From positions 1 to 64,000 of the IMG/VR virus record IMGVR_UViG_3300042090_002597: 64,000 nt of DNA; one strand, given 5' to 3'. This DNA comes from a virus. Position 1 is the stretch's first letter; the number at the start of each line of letters is the position of its first letter. The notes beneath the pieces are model-generated. The model saw only the letters and a list, made by a program, of their open reading frames with translations. It searched no databases and was not told where the DNA came from. Position numbers and translations under genes: made by a program. This document shows, piece after piece, positions 9,656 through 17,658 of the stretch.

Positions 9656-9874
9656 TCAGGCAGCCGATTTCAGTTTTACGCCGCCTTCCACAAACTCGAC
9701 GCCCGCTCGCTCCAGCGCACTGCGGATTTTTTCAGCAGTGCTAACCCGGGCGTCCCGCGCTCCACCTTCAAATAGTTTTACGGTGATCTCGGCCACACCG
9801 CTCTGCGCGGCGAGGTCCGACTGACGAATCCCCAGCAGCGCCCGAGCAGCTCTGACTTGTCCTGCGGTTAGCAT
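9656..9874 (-). CDS. XRE/Cro-family HTH transcriptional regulator
   Basis: MLTAGQVRAARALLGIRQSDLAAQSGV...ALERAGVEF is a classic alphaproteobacterial XRE sequence; transcribed divergently from the Cas7-like gene. Confidence 0.9.
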   Translation of the reverse strand: MLTAGQVRAARALLGIRQSDLAAQSGVAEITVKLFEGGARDARVSTAEKIRSALERAGVEFVEGGVKLKSAA

Positions 9875-9929
9875 ATTAGGGACATACCACAGCGGCTCCG
9901 CAAAATACAACTGCGTAGTAAAAACATAC

Positions 9930-9958
9930 TTGACGTATCGTAAATCATTGTCTATAGA
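9930..9958 (+). promoter_or_regulatory. Sigma70-type promoter for tract B and the Cas7-like gene
   Basis: TTGACG-17 nt-TATAGA directly upstream of tract B. Confidence 0.65.
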
Positions 9959-9962
9959 TGTC

Positions 9963-10027
9963 AGTAGCGCGTCGTGACGCGTTGCTAGGCCATGCAGCGT
10001 GACGCTCTGCTTCGCAAACCAAGGAGT
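9963..10027 (+). ncRNA. NGY-NN pentamer tract B (5' leader of the Cas7-like gene)
   Basis: 11 consecutive NGY-NN units (9963-10017), then ACCAAGGAG, which overlaps the RBS. Confidence 0.75.
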
Positions 10028-10032
10028 TAGGT

Positions 10033-10620
10033 ATGAAAATCCATGTGACGATTGAGGGCACTACCCCTCTTCTGATGAACCGTTTCACCGAGCAGAATGA
10101 GGTAGCCCTTTCCAGCGGCACTAGTGCCTCATTCAAAGGCAGTCGAGGCACACCGCGGGAGCAGGCAACACCGAAATGCTACGCAGACGAAAATGGCATG
10201 CTGTATATCCCCGGTCCGAACATCTTCGCCACCATTATCGCAGCGGGCACCTTCCACAAGGCGGGTAAGTCGAAGTTGACCACCATGAAGTCCAGTCTCA
10301 TTCCGGCCGGGCTGTTAGTTGAGGACTTGGTCTGTTCGCTCAACACCGACAAGTGGGAGGTGGACAGTCGCTCGGTGGTGATTCCCAGCACCGGCGGTCG
10401 CGTGATGTGCCACCGGCCGCGAGTGGATCACTGGTCATGTTCGTTCACTCCGGATGTCGACGGCACCATGTTTGACCCGTCCCTGATCCGCGCCGTAATT
10501 GACGACGCCGGGAAGAAGGTGGGTCTGGGCGACTACCGTCCGGCACGCAAAGGTCCGTTTGGTCGTTTCGTAGTCAAGACGTGGGCTGTCGAGGATATCA
10601 AGTTGAAGAAGGTTGCATAA
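10033..10620 (+). CDS. Stand-alone Cas7/RAMP-superfamily RNA-binding protein
   Basis: 195 aa; N-terminal beta strand (I.V.IEG.TPLLM), YIPG..I helix motif and C-terminal glycine-rich loop GLGDYRP..KGPFGRF typical of RAMP/Cas7. No other cas genes and no CRISPR array nearby. Confidence 0.8.
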   Translation: MKIHVTIEGTTPLLMNRFTEQNEVALSSGTSASFKGSRGTPREQATPKCYADENGMLYIPGPNIFATIIAAGTFHKAGKSKLTTMKSSLIPAGLLVEDLVCSLNTDKWEVDSRSVVIPSTGGRVMCHRPRVDHWSCSFTPDVDGTMFDPSLIRAVIDDAGKKVGLGDYRPARKGPFGRFVVKTWAVEDIKLKKVA

Positions 10621-10625
10621 TATGG

Positions 10626-10706
10626 CGTGTTGTTCTTCCTAAAGTTGCTGTGCCACGTCAGGCGTCGCACCGTAGGGTTTTGTTAGGCAGTGCAAAGCAA
10701 GGTTTT
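10626..10706 (+). ncRNA. NGY-NN pentamer tract C
   Basis: 12 uninterrupted NGY-NN units from 10646, ending TGCAA AGCAA GGTTTT. Confidence 0.8.
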
Positions 10707-10723
10707 AGTTTATTACATTTTAG

Positions 10724-10784
10724 CGCATAGCGAAGTGGTGTATTGTCCTGTTTCGCAACGCACGGTGGTGTAGCGCAAGGTTTT
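10724..10784 (+). ncRNA. NGY-NN pentamer tract D
   Basis: 12 of 12 units fit NGY-NN, ending CGCAA GGTTTT; an AT-rich linker separates it from tract C. Confidence 0.8.
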
Positions 10785-10791
10785 AATTTAT

Positions 10792-10873
10792 AGCAGTATA
10801 CGGCCCTGCGCGGTTACGCGCGGTCCAGTGCAGCGCACTACTGCCTGGCGCTGTATAGCTTGGCGAGGTTTTT
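10792..10873 (+). ncRNA. NGY-NN pentamer tract E
   Basis: 14 of 16 units fit NGY-NN, ending GGCGA GGTTTTT. Confidence 0.8.
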
Positions 10874-10882
10874 AATTGCGTA

Positions 10883-11422
10883 TTAAACTAATCCTTGAGC
10901 CATCCCCCTGGCCATCGCAGCTAATGTTCCGGCTGGAGAATAAGCTGGCATGCTCGGGATGATCCAACTGTCCGCCGGAGAGTTCGGTCCGATCGATGCG
11001 AATCCACTGGACGTACCGGCACGCACTTCCGCCCACATCATCGGCCTGGCCGGACCGCCGCCAACACGCTTCAAACCGGTCATGGAGAGATGCTGCGCGC
11101 TGCCGACCGGCCGGTGTATCGGTATGGAGCGGCCGCGCAGCGCGGCAACGGTCTTCATGTCGAACGAACGGTGGCCTTCCTCCAGAAACAGCGCCTCCGG
11201 TGCCACACTTTCGTCCGCCAGGATTGCGACCGTGTTTTCGTCGACCTGCCTGAAACTCAGCGATGAAGCATAGCGGCCGCTTGGATAGAACAGCCGCTTG
11301 CCGTTCAACATGTCCTTGCCGAGCGCGAAATTCATCCATTTCACGAATATCTCTACACCGATCTCGGTGACGAGTTCGGGTGGAAGGTCCGTCTTGATGA
11401 CGAAGACATGCCCCGTGCTCAT
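10883..11422 (-). CDS. Putative neck/virion morphogenesis protein
   Basis: 179 aa; SGRY..S, LEEG...FDMK and WIIP motifs, resembling neck-region proteins of large myoviruses. Confidence 0.55.
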   Translation of the reverse strand: MSTGHVFVIKTDLPPELVTEIGVEIFVKWMNFALGKDMLNGKRLFYPSGRYASSLSFRQVDENTVAILADESVAPEALFLEEGHRSFDMKTVAALRGRSIPIHRPVGSAQHLSMTGLKRVGGGPARPMMWAEVRAGTSSGFASIGPNSPADSWIIPSMPAYSPAGTLAAMARGMAQGLV

Positions 11423-11439
11423 GCTTGAACTCTAGTTCG

Positions 11440-11550
11440 GGTAGTGCTACTTCTCGCATTGTGTTGCTTGGTGCTGCTGCGCCCGGTGTCGCAGGGTACA
11501 GCGTTGTTAGGCGGAGCCGAGCGCCGCACTGTAGTGCAATGCAAGGTTTT
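11440..11550 (+). ncRNA. NGY-NN pentamer tract F
   Basis: 21 of 22 units fit NGY-NN, ending TGCAA TGCAA GGTTTT; lies intergenically between two minus-strand neck genes, with TTGAAC at 11425. Confidence 0.8.
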
Positions 11551-11552
11551 CA

Positions 11553-12428
11553 TTACGGTCCTATTTTAGCACTGCCAACCATTACAGTGTACGGCCGCGC
11601 GGTGCCGCCGACCTGCACCGAGCCCGGCGCCGACTGGGTTACGCCGCGCTGCCTCGTCCAGAAGTCCAGCGACTGCAGCCGCCAGCGCTTCGGCTCATTG
11701 GCCATGCCGCCACCGAAAGCGCGCGTATGCGGCAGGCCGCCCGCGGCGCGGAACACCACATAGATCGGCGATGCCTGAAACTCGACCATGTAGTTGGTGC
11801 CTACCGGATAGCCGCCGATTCTCACCGTCGGACCGTCTGACGAATAGTTCTCGACCGGTACCACTGCGTTGCTGACCGGATCCCATACCGTCACCGCACC
11901 CTGCGGCTCGATCTGCAAATTCTGCTGGTACGGCAGGTTCTCTTTCACACCCACCTGCAGCACTGCGGTGTAGCGGATCAGCGAATCGACCGGCACAAAT
12001 TGATCATTGGTGGATGCGTTCTGCCAAATATTCGTCGGCTGGCCAGGATCGCCGACCGGCAGAGTGGGGTTCCAGTAAGGCACCGTCAACGAGGGTTCGG
12101 CGGTCTGCCACATGCCGTACGATTCGTTCATCCGCACACCCGGCTCGTCGGGGGTGGGCGAGACGTGCATGAAGGTAATTAGCACCTTGGCCGGAATGGA
12201 AGGCGGATCCCAGTAAGTGCCAACACCACCGCACTGGGTGCAGTTGCGCTGCGCCGAGCCCAGTTGCGGTAGTTGTCCGTTGGCGCCGCTGCCGGCGTAC
12301 ACGCACGGGCATGTGTGCGATTTCAGCCAGGAGCAGCGTTGCCCATGGGTCGCGATCAATGCCTCGAATGCCCCCGGCGGAAGGGCTTTCAGAGTCGGCG
12401 GAATGAATGAACCTGCGAACGCGCTCAT
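11553..12428 (-). CDS. Putative head-closure/neck protein with zinc-binding motif
   Basis: 291 aa; F..LI..HG...W.KS..CPC...C..C.G.G pattern. Confidence 0.6.
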   Translation of the reverse strand: MSAFAGSFIPPTLKALPPGAFEALIATHGQRCSWLKSHTCPCVYAGSGANGQLPQLGSAQRNCTQCGGVGTYWDPPSIPAKVLITFMHVSPTPDEPGVRMNESYGMWQTAEPSLTVPYWNPTLPVGDPGQPTNIWQNASTNDQFVPVDSLIRYTAVLQVGVKENLPYQQNLQIEPQGAVTVWDPVSNAVVPVENYSSDGPTVRIGGYPVGTNYMVEFQASPIYVVFRAAGGLPHTRAFGGGMANEPKRWRLQSLDFWTRQRGVTQSAPGSVQVGGTARPYTVMVGSAKIGP

Positions 12429-13519
12429 CAGAGATTGCCCAGATGCACACCGCCGCCCATGGTTTTCGCCCGTCGCGTCAGACGCTTCACTTCATCGCTG
12501 AATGCCTCGATGGCGCCGGCAAACGCGCCTTTCGGATCGTATCGGCTGCGGAAAAGCAAGCCATCCACCTGCGTGGTGGTTTCGAGCGCACCGAAATTCA
12601 CCGATAACTGCATGCTTTTCAGCGCCGTCACCGCAGACCGTGCCAACACGAGTTGTTTCATGAAAGCCCACGATCCCGCGTAGTCGGATCGGGTTAGCCC
12701 TGCGGTGTACTGAAACCACATGCCTTGCGGAACATTCTCGGCAAATCCCATGAAAGCCAACTGCATGGCGAACAGCGGCAGCATCTGCACCGAAGTGGCT
12801 GGCACAAAACGCACCAGTCCGCGGTTCTGATCTTCCACCACCCAGCTTTGCGGCATGCGAAAGTATTCGTTCAGCAGCGGATAGATGAAAGCCACATTTT
12901 TCGTGCCGTTCAGATTCGCGGCACTCACGATCCCGGCGGGATCAACGTAGTCGACACCCTTGACCGGACGCCAACGCAGCCGTTGATATATCCAGCCTTC
13001 GTCACGCGCACGTTCGAAGAAAAAATCGTAGCCAGGCTCTGCGTAGTCGTAGTCCAGGCCGAGCTGCTGGTAATTGTATACCGTGTTCAGCCCGAGCAGT
13101 TGGCTCTCTTGCTGGGTCTTCGCCGGCGGGGCCGCAATAGCGGTCTGGCAGAGTCGGATATTGGTCTCGGTTTCGATCTCATCTTCCGCTTCACGTATCC
13201 AGCCGAAAATCGTGTCGTCGCTGATCGGGATCGGCGGATTGCTGTACTGCTGGAGCGGGATTTGAACGTATGCCCGCAGATCGTTCGGCTGCAAACCAGA
13301 TTTGGTTTTGGCGCCGGACGAGAAAGTGATGATGGTCGGTTCCAGAAGGGGACCGGTGACATAGGAGCCGCCAATACCAGCCGGACCACCAATTGGGCTT
13401 TCTCCAATAGTGAAGCCGCTGGTGGGAACCAAAGTGGGCACCGCCGAAACAGTGTTCCAGTTCCATAGCGCCCGGGTAGTGACGGGCGAATATGTGGTTG
13501 GCAGAGTGGTCTCAGACAT
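12428..13519 (-). CDS. Putative head-tail adaptor protein
   Basis: 363 aa, downstream of the capsid gene; AE..IE.E.NI, YTAG and S..DG motifs. Confidence 0.6.
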   Translation of the reverse strand: MSETTLPTTYSPVTTRALWNWNTVSAVPTLVPTSGFTIGESPIGGPAGIGGSYVTGPLLEPTIITFSSGAKTKSGLQPNDLRAYVQIPLQQYSNPPIPISDDTIFGWIREAEDEIETETNIRLCQTAIAAPPAKTQQESQLLGLNTVYNYQQLGLDYDYAEPGYDFFFERARDEGWIYQRLRWRPVKGVDYVDPAGIVSAANLNGTKNVAFIYPLLNEYFRMPQSWVVEDQNRGLVRFVPATSVQMLPLFAMQLAFMGFAENVPQGMWFQYTAGLTRSDYAGSWAFMKQLVLARSAVTALKSMQLSVNFGALETTTQVDGLLFRSRYDPKGAFAGAIEAFSDEVKRLTRRAKTMGGGVHLGNL

Positions 13520-13982
13520 GCGGATTTCCCGCCTGTTGCTGACGCAACATCCGGCGCTCGCGCTTGGAAAGGTGCTGGTGCTGCGGCGGGGTAGAGGTTG
13601 CGATGTCCTGTACGTGCTTGTCTAGCTCGGCCGCTACTTCAGCTATGGATCGGCATATGTCCGTTGCGTCGTCATCCATCTCTTCCGGCTCGACCGGTGG
13701 CGCCGCGGCCACCACATCGTCGTGGCCATGCCCCTCCAGGACCACTCCGTTCGCACCGCGGAGCGCGGTGATCTGCTCCAGGGTAAGCGCCTCGGTCACA
13801 TAGTCATTCCCGGCCGCCCAGCGAAACTGGACACCCATGACATCGCCGCCCGTACGTGCGTGTTCGCGCCACAGCCGCCAGATCGGAGAACCCCGGAGCA
13901 GCTTCGCGGTGAAGACCATGTAACGGACCTGCGCTGTCAGTGACGTCTTTGGCAGCATAGGCGGTTTCGGTAGCGATGTCAC
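13512..13982 (-). CDS. Hypothetical protein
   Basis: 156 aa ORF overlapping the next gene's start. Confidence 0.5.
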   Translation of the reverse strand: MTSLPKPPMLPKTSLTAQVRYMVFTAKLLRGSPIWRLWREHARTGGDVMGVQFRWAAGNDYVTEALTLEQITALRGANGVVLEGHGHDDVVAAAPPVEPEEMDDDATDICRSIAEVAAELDKHVQDIATSTPPQHQHLSKRERRMLRQQQAGNPHV

Positions 13983-14058
13983 CGCCGATGAAGTGTTTCA
14001 CATGAAACTCTTTTTGAAAAAATCTTATTGTAGTTTTTTGCAAAAAGTTGTATAGCGG

Positions 14059-15642
14059 ATGCTCCCCTTCAAGGAGTGTTTCGTGAAAGCAAACCCGATC
14101 AAATCCTGCCGCGGCTGCACCGACGCCGCTGTGCGAGCGAAGATGCCGCACGAGGAGCAGTGTAACGCCTGCCGAAAGAAAGAATTGAACCGAAAATGGC
14201 GGCTGGCCAACCCAGGTGCGATGGCTGCGAACGCCAGGAAATGGCGCGAGGCCGGCAACAAGACCGTCCGCCCCGAAGGTTACGAGGAGCAGCAGCGCCT
14301 CAAAAAACTGGAAAAATACAGAAACGATCCGGAACATCGCGAGAAAGCCAAGGCGGCCGCCAAACAGCGCCGTCTGGAAAAACCGGATATCGTGAAGGCA
14401 GAAACGAAGTCCTGGATGGAGCGTAATCGTCCGGCAGTCCGGCGGTACCAAAGCGATTATCAGCGCGAGCGGCGCGCGTCAGATCCAGAATTCCACCAGC
14501 GGCTGCTCACCGCGCAGAGCATGTGGCGCATCCGGCACTGGGCGAAAGACCCGCAGAGCAACAGCTGGATACGGCACCTGGAAAACCAATCAATCGACCC
14601 TGTGTGGCGCCAGAGACTGCACGTTTGGCAGGACAACCGATGCTACATGTGCAACAAAAAAGACAACAACATGACGATCGAACACATCATTCCGCGCAGC
14701 CGCAGTGGGCCGACTGTGAAACAAAATATCGTCTATACTTGTTCGTCCTGCAACTATTCCCGCAGGGCTTTGATATGGGGTACCGAGTGGCAACCTCGAA
14801 ATGTCGACACCAGCCTGACCGACCTGACGGTCACTTACAAAACGATCTCGCACGCACTTAGAGAGGCCGGACTAGAAGCTGCTGAAAACGGCCGCGGCGG
14901 TTTCCGCATCCACAGCGATAAGCGCGCATCGTCCCGCGATCTGTACATCCTGTCCACCTTTGCCGCCAGCGAGCGAAACGTGTCGTCTCGTGATGGCCGG
15001 TTCGCGTGCATTCTGCGAGACGCTGACCCGAATGCGATCATTCTGTTCGACTACGAATGGTACGCCCGGGCAAAAGCGGTGCTGAACATGCTTCGGTCGA
15101 AAATGGGCATCGCCGAGAAAGGGATCGGCGCCCGGGAACTGTCAGTGGTCGAAGTGTCCGCCGAGGACGCGACCGTCTTCCTGCGCGATCACCATGTTAT
15201 GGGTGCCGTGGACGCCCCGTTCCGAATCGGGCTGGCCAACGGCGAAATGCTCTGCGGTGTTGGGCTGTTCGCGGACCATGGCGATAGCTACGAATGCGTC
15301 CGGCTCGCCTTCCGCGGACATGTGCCTGGCGGCATGACCCGGATCATCCAAGGTCTGCGGCGCCTGCACGGCAACCGGCCGGTGACCTCGTTCATCGACA
15401 CCCGCTATGCCACTGGAGCCGGGCACGGGACAGTCGGCTTCACTTACGAAGGGAGGACCGAGGAAACCTACCTCTGGGTTTTGCCCGATCGGGTGCAGCA
15501 CCAGCGGTACTTGTCGAACGACAACAAGATGTCGCGCAATCTGCTCTATTTCAACCCGGACCTGCCGCGAGAAAAAAACATTCGTGCGAACGGTATTTTC
15601 AAAGTATGGGTTCCGCCGCGAGCCAAAATGCTACTGGCTTGA
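14059..15642 (+). CDS. HNH endonuclease fused to a Hef-like/GNAT-like homing-endonuclease domain
   Basis: CYMC...TIEHIIPRSRSG....NIV..C..CN HNH motif; C-terminal ARE..V.EV...A..FL..HH..G and S..D.RY motifs. Inserted antisense to the head operon. Confidence 0.75.
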   Translation: MLPFKECFVKANPIKSCRGCTDAAVRAKMPHEEQCNACRKKELNRKWRLANPGAMAANARKWREAGNKTVRPEGYEEQQRLKKLEKYRNDPEHREKAKAAAKQRRLEKPDIVKAETKSWMERNRPAVRRYQSDYQRERRASDPEFHQRLLTAQSMWRIRHWAKDPQSNSWIRHLENQSIDPVWRQRLHVWQDNRCYMCNKKDNNMTIEHIIPRSRSGPTVKQNIVYTCSSCNYSRRALIWGTEWQPRNVDTSLTDLTVTYKTISHALREAGLEAAENGRGGFRIHSDKRASSRDLYILSTFAASERNVSSRDGRFACILRDADPNAIILFDYEWYARAKAVLNMLRSKMGIAEKGIGARELSVVEVSAEDATVFLRDHHVMGAVDAPFRIGLANGEMLCGVGLFADHGDSYECVRLAFRGHVPGGMTRIIQGLRRLHGNRPVTSFIDTRYATGAGHGTVGFTYEGRTEETYLWVLPDRVQHQRYLSNDNKMSRNLLYFNPDLPREKNIRANGIFKVWVPPRAKMLLA

Positions 15643-15648
15643 GACAAC

Positions 15649-15675
15649 AAAAAAGGCCCCTTTCGGGGCCTTTTT
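15649..15675. terminator. Bidirectional rho-independent terminator
   Basis: AAAAAAGGCCCC-TTTC-GGGGCCTTTTT between the convergent HNH and capsid genes. Confidence 0.85.
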
Positions 15676-15693
15676 CTTTTGGATTTCAACGCT

Positions 15694-17634
15694 TTAGGCG
15701 TTGGCACCCAACGGGTTCCATTGCGGATTATCAACCACAATGTTTTTTATGTACGCGTGGAACTTGGGGATTCTATTCCTAAGAGCCCCGATTGCGGCCA
15801 CACACCACGGCATATACAGGTTAGCAGCGAACAAATTGATCCTGGTCAGCGGCAGCAGGTAGCGGTAATCCATCGCGCCGTCTTCCTCGCGGAGGTCCAG
15901 CAGGTAGACCGATTCCGAACCCGGGATCAGGTAGTTGTAGTCCACGAAGGTAACCGTGCCAGAACCCGAAGCCGCGATCTGCCCGACATAGCGGAAAGCG
16001 GTCGGCGAACCCGAGGCGTTCAGATAACCACCGGCGCCCGAGCGGAACACACGGAAGTTGGTGGCATCCGCCGCCGCCGGCCCGGCGATGGCGACGTTGA
16101 CCGCGCCCGAAGTGGTGACGGACGAGCCGACCACATAGGACGAAGAGAAGGTCAGGGTCGACTCGTTCATGTTCACGTCGGTGGACGCGACCGCGTAGTA
16201 GTACTTGGTCGAGCCGGACGCATACGGCGAACCGGCGCCGACACCCCAGTTGCTGCCGCTGTAGGCGGCACCCGAGACGGTCATCACCACGCCGGTGGGC
16301 GGGGTGGGACCGGTCGTGGTGGTGGGCGTCGTGCCGTTCGACCGCGGCTGGCCCTGAGCGGGGATATCGCGGGCCGTGATGACGATATCGAGCGGGAACT
16401 GGATCGGTCCGAACCGGGTCCGCATGCCCTGGAGATCGCCGTCGACCACGATACCCTGGCGATCCGCGAAGAACGCATTCGCGAGGTTGTTCAGGTTGGT
16501 GGTGATCAGCGATTGCAGCGAGCCGGCCGTGATCGGCGTCATGAAGGCGTGCGTGGTGCGGCCGAACTTGGTCCACGAAGCGACGTTGCCGGCCACCTCG
16601 TAGATCATGTTGTAGAGGGTCTGCGCCGTCGACCAGCCATTCGCCACCGCGTTCGCGGAGTAGAATGCCTGGTAGTCGAAGATGTTGCCCGACGGGGTGG
16701 TTGCCTCGATGCCGTTGAACTGGTTCGGGAAGGCCGTCGAATTGCCCTTGTAGCAGAGCCAGTCAGCGGTCTGCAGCACGGTCAGCGCCGAGTTGGCGTT
16801 TTCCTGCTCGTTCACCGACACGAAGTTGTTCTGCGCCATCAAGGCGAGCGTGACGGCGCGGCCGTCCAGCATCAGCTTCAGGTTGACCGACTGCAGGGTG
16901 TAGATACCCGCATTGGTGGTCAGCGTGCCGCTGGAGACGTTGGAAAAGCCGCTGGTCGCCGAACCCGGCAGCGCACCGCCCGGATCATCGATGTAGGCGA
17001 AGTAGTCGACCACCTGGAAGGCCGGCGATTTGCTCAGCGCCTGGTAGAGCGTGAAGCTGTCCGGCCGCACGGTGCCGCGGGCGAGGCGCGTGTCGAGCGA
17101 CACGTAGCCGAGCGACTGACCGCCGGTGATGGAGGTGAAGTTGGTCTGGGTGCCGACATCGAGCACCGCTTTGGCCAGCGGATCGCCCGGGTAAGATTTC
17201 GCCACCTCGATCGGATCGATTTCCAGCAGACGCCCGCGGCTGGAGCCGGGGACCGGGCCGGGCGCATTGGTCTGATAGTAGCGCGGCGTGTCGCGCCAGA
17301 CCCGGGCGAATGCGTTCGCCGGCTCGGCGGCCTTGGCCAGCTCGGTCCGCATCTTGACCGTGTCGACCACATGGTTGTTGCCGAGATGCGCGGGCTGGCC
17401 AACCGCGAGACCGGCGAACAGCGGCCGCAGCGGGCCGAGATCGCTGTTGTGCGCCGGCAGCGAGTTCTCGAAAGCGCGGATGGCGCTCACCGAACGATAC
17501 TGTTTCTCCTCGTTCGGTGTGTCGCCGTTCGCGAGAACGGGATCGACATACTCGCCGTCGGGGCGCCGCTCAATCGACTTCAGGATGATTGCGGGCGGCA
17601 CCTTCGGGCCGGCGGACGAGATCTGTTCGGACAT
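15694..17634 (-). CDS. Major capsid protein (long N-terminal propeptide, FN3/Ig-like insertion)
   Basis: 646 aa, strongly biased codon usage; G.SL...SLD, E..N....V....DW....G......QFNG motifs; downstream of protease and scaffold, followed by a terminator. Confidence 0.8.
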   Translation of the reverse strand: MSEQISSAGPKVPPAIILKSIERRPDGEYVDPVLANGDTPNEEKQYRSVSAIRAFENSLPAHNSDLGPLRPLFAGLAVGQPAHLGNNHVVDTVKMRTELAKAAEPANAFARVWRDTPRYYQTNAPGPVPGSSRGRLLEIDPIEVAKSYPGDPLAKAVLDVGTQTNFTSITGGQSLGYVSLDTRLARGTVRPDSFTLYQALSKSPAFQVVDYFAYIDDPGGALPGSATSGFSNVSSGTLTTNAGIYTLQSVNLKLMLDGRAVTLALMAQNNFVSVNEQENANSALTVLQTADWLCYKGNSTAFPNQFNGIEATTPSGNIFDYQAFYSANAVANGWSTAQTLYNMIYEVAGNVASWTKFGRTTHAFMTPITAGSLQSLITTNLNNLANAFFADRQGIVVDGDLQGMRTRFGPIQFPLDIVITARDIPAQGQPRSNGTTPTTTTGPTPPTGVVMTVSGAAYSGSNWGVGAGSPYASGSTKYYYAVASTDVNMNESTLTFSSSYVVGSSVTTSGAVNVAIAGPAAADATNFRVFRSGAGGYLNASGSPTAFRYVGQIAASGSGTVTFVDYNYLIPGSESVYLLDLREEDGAMDYRYLLPLTRINLFAANLYMPWCVAAIGALRNRIPKFHAYIKNIVVDNPQWNPLGANA

Positions 17635-17658
17635 GTCGATGTTCCCTTTCTGCCCGGT

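Noticed and set aside
9945-11763. ORFs 9945-10151, 10872-11459 and 11425-11763 as real genes
   Set aside because: They overlap the pentamer tracts or better-supported genes and have no recognisable motifs.
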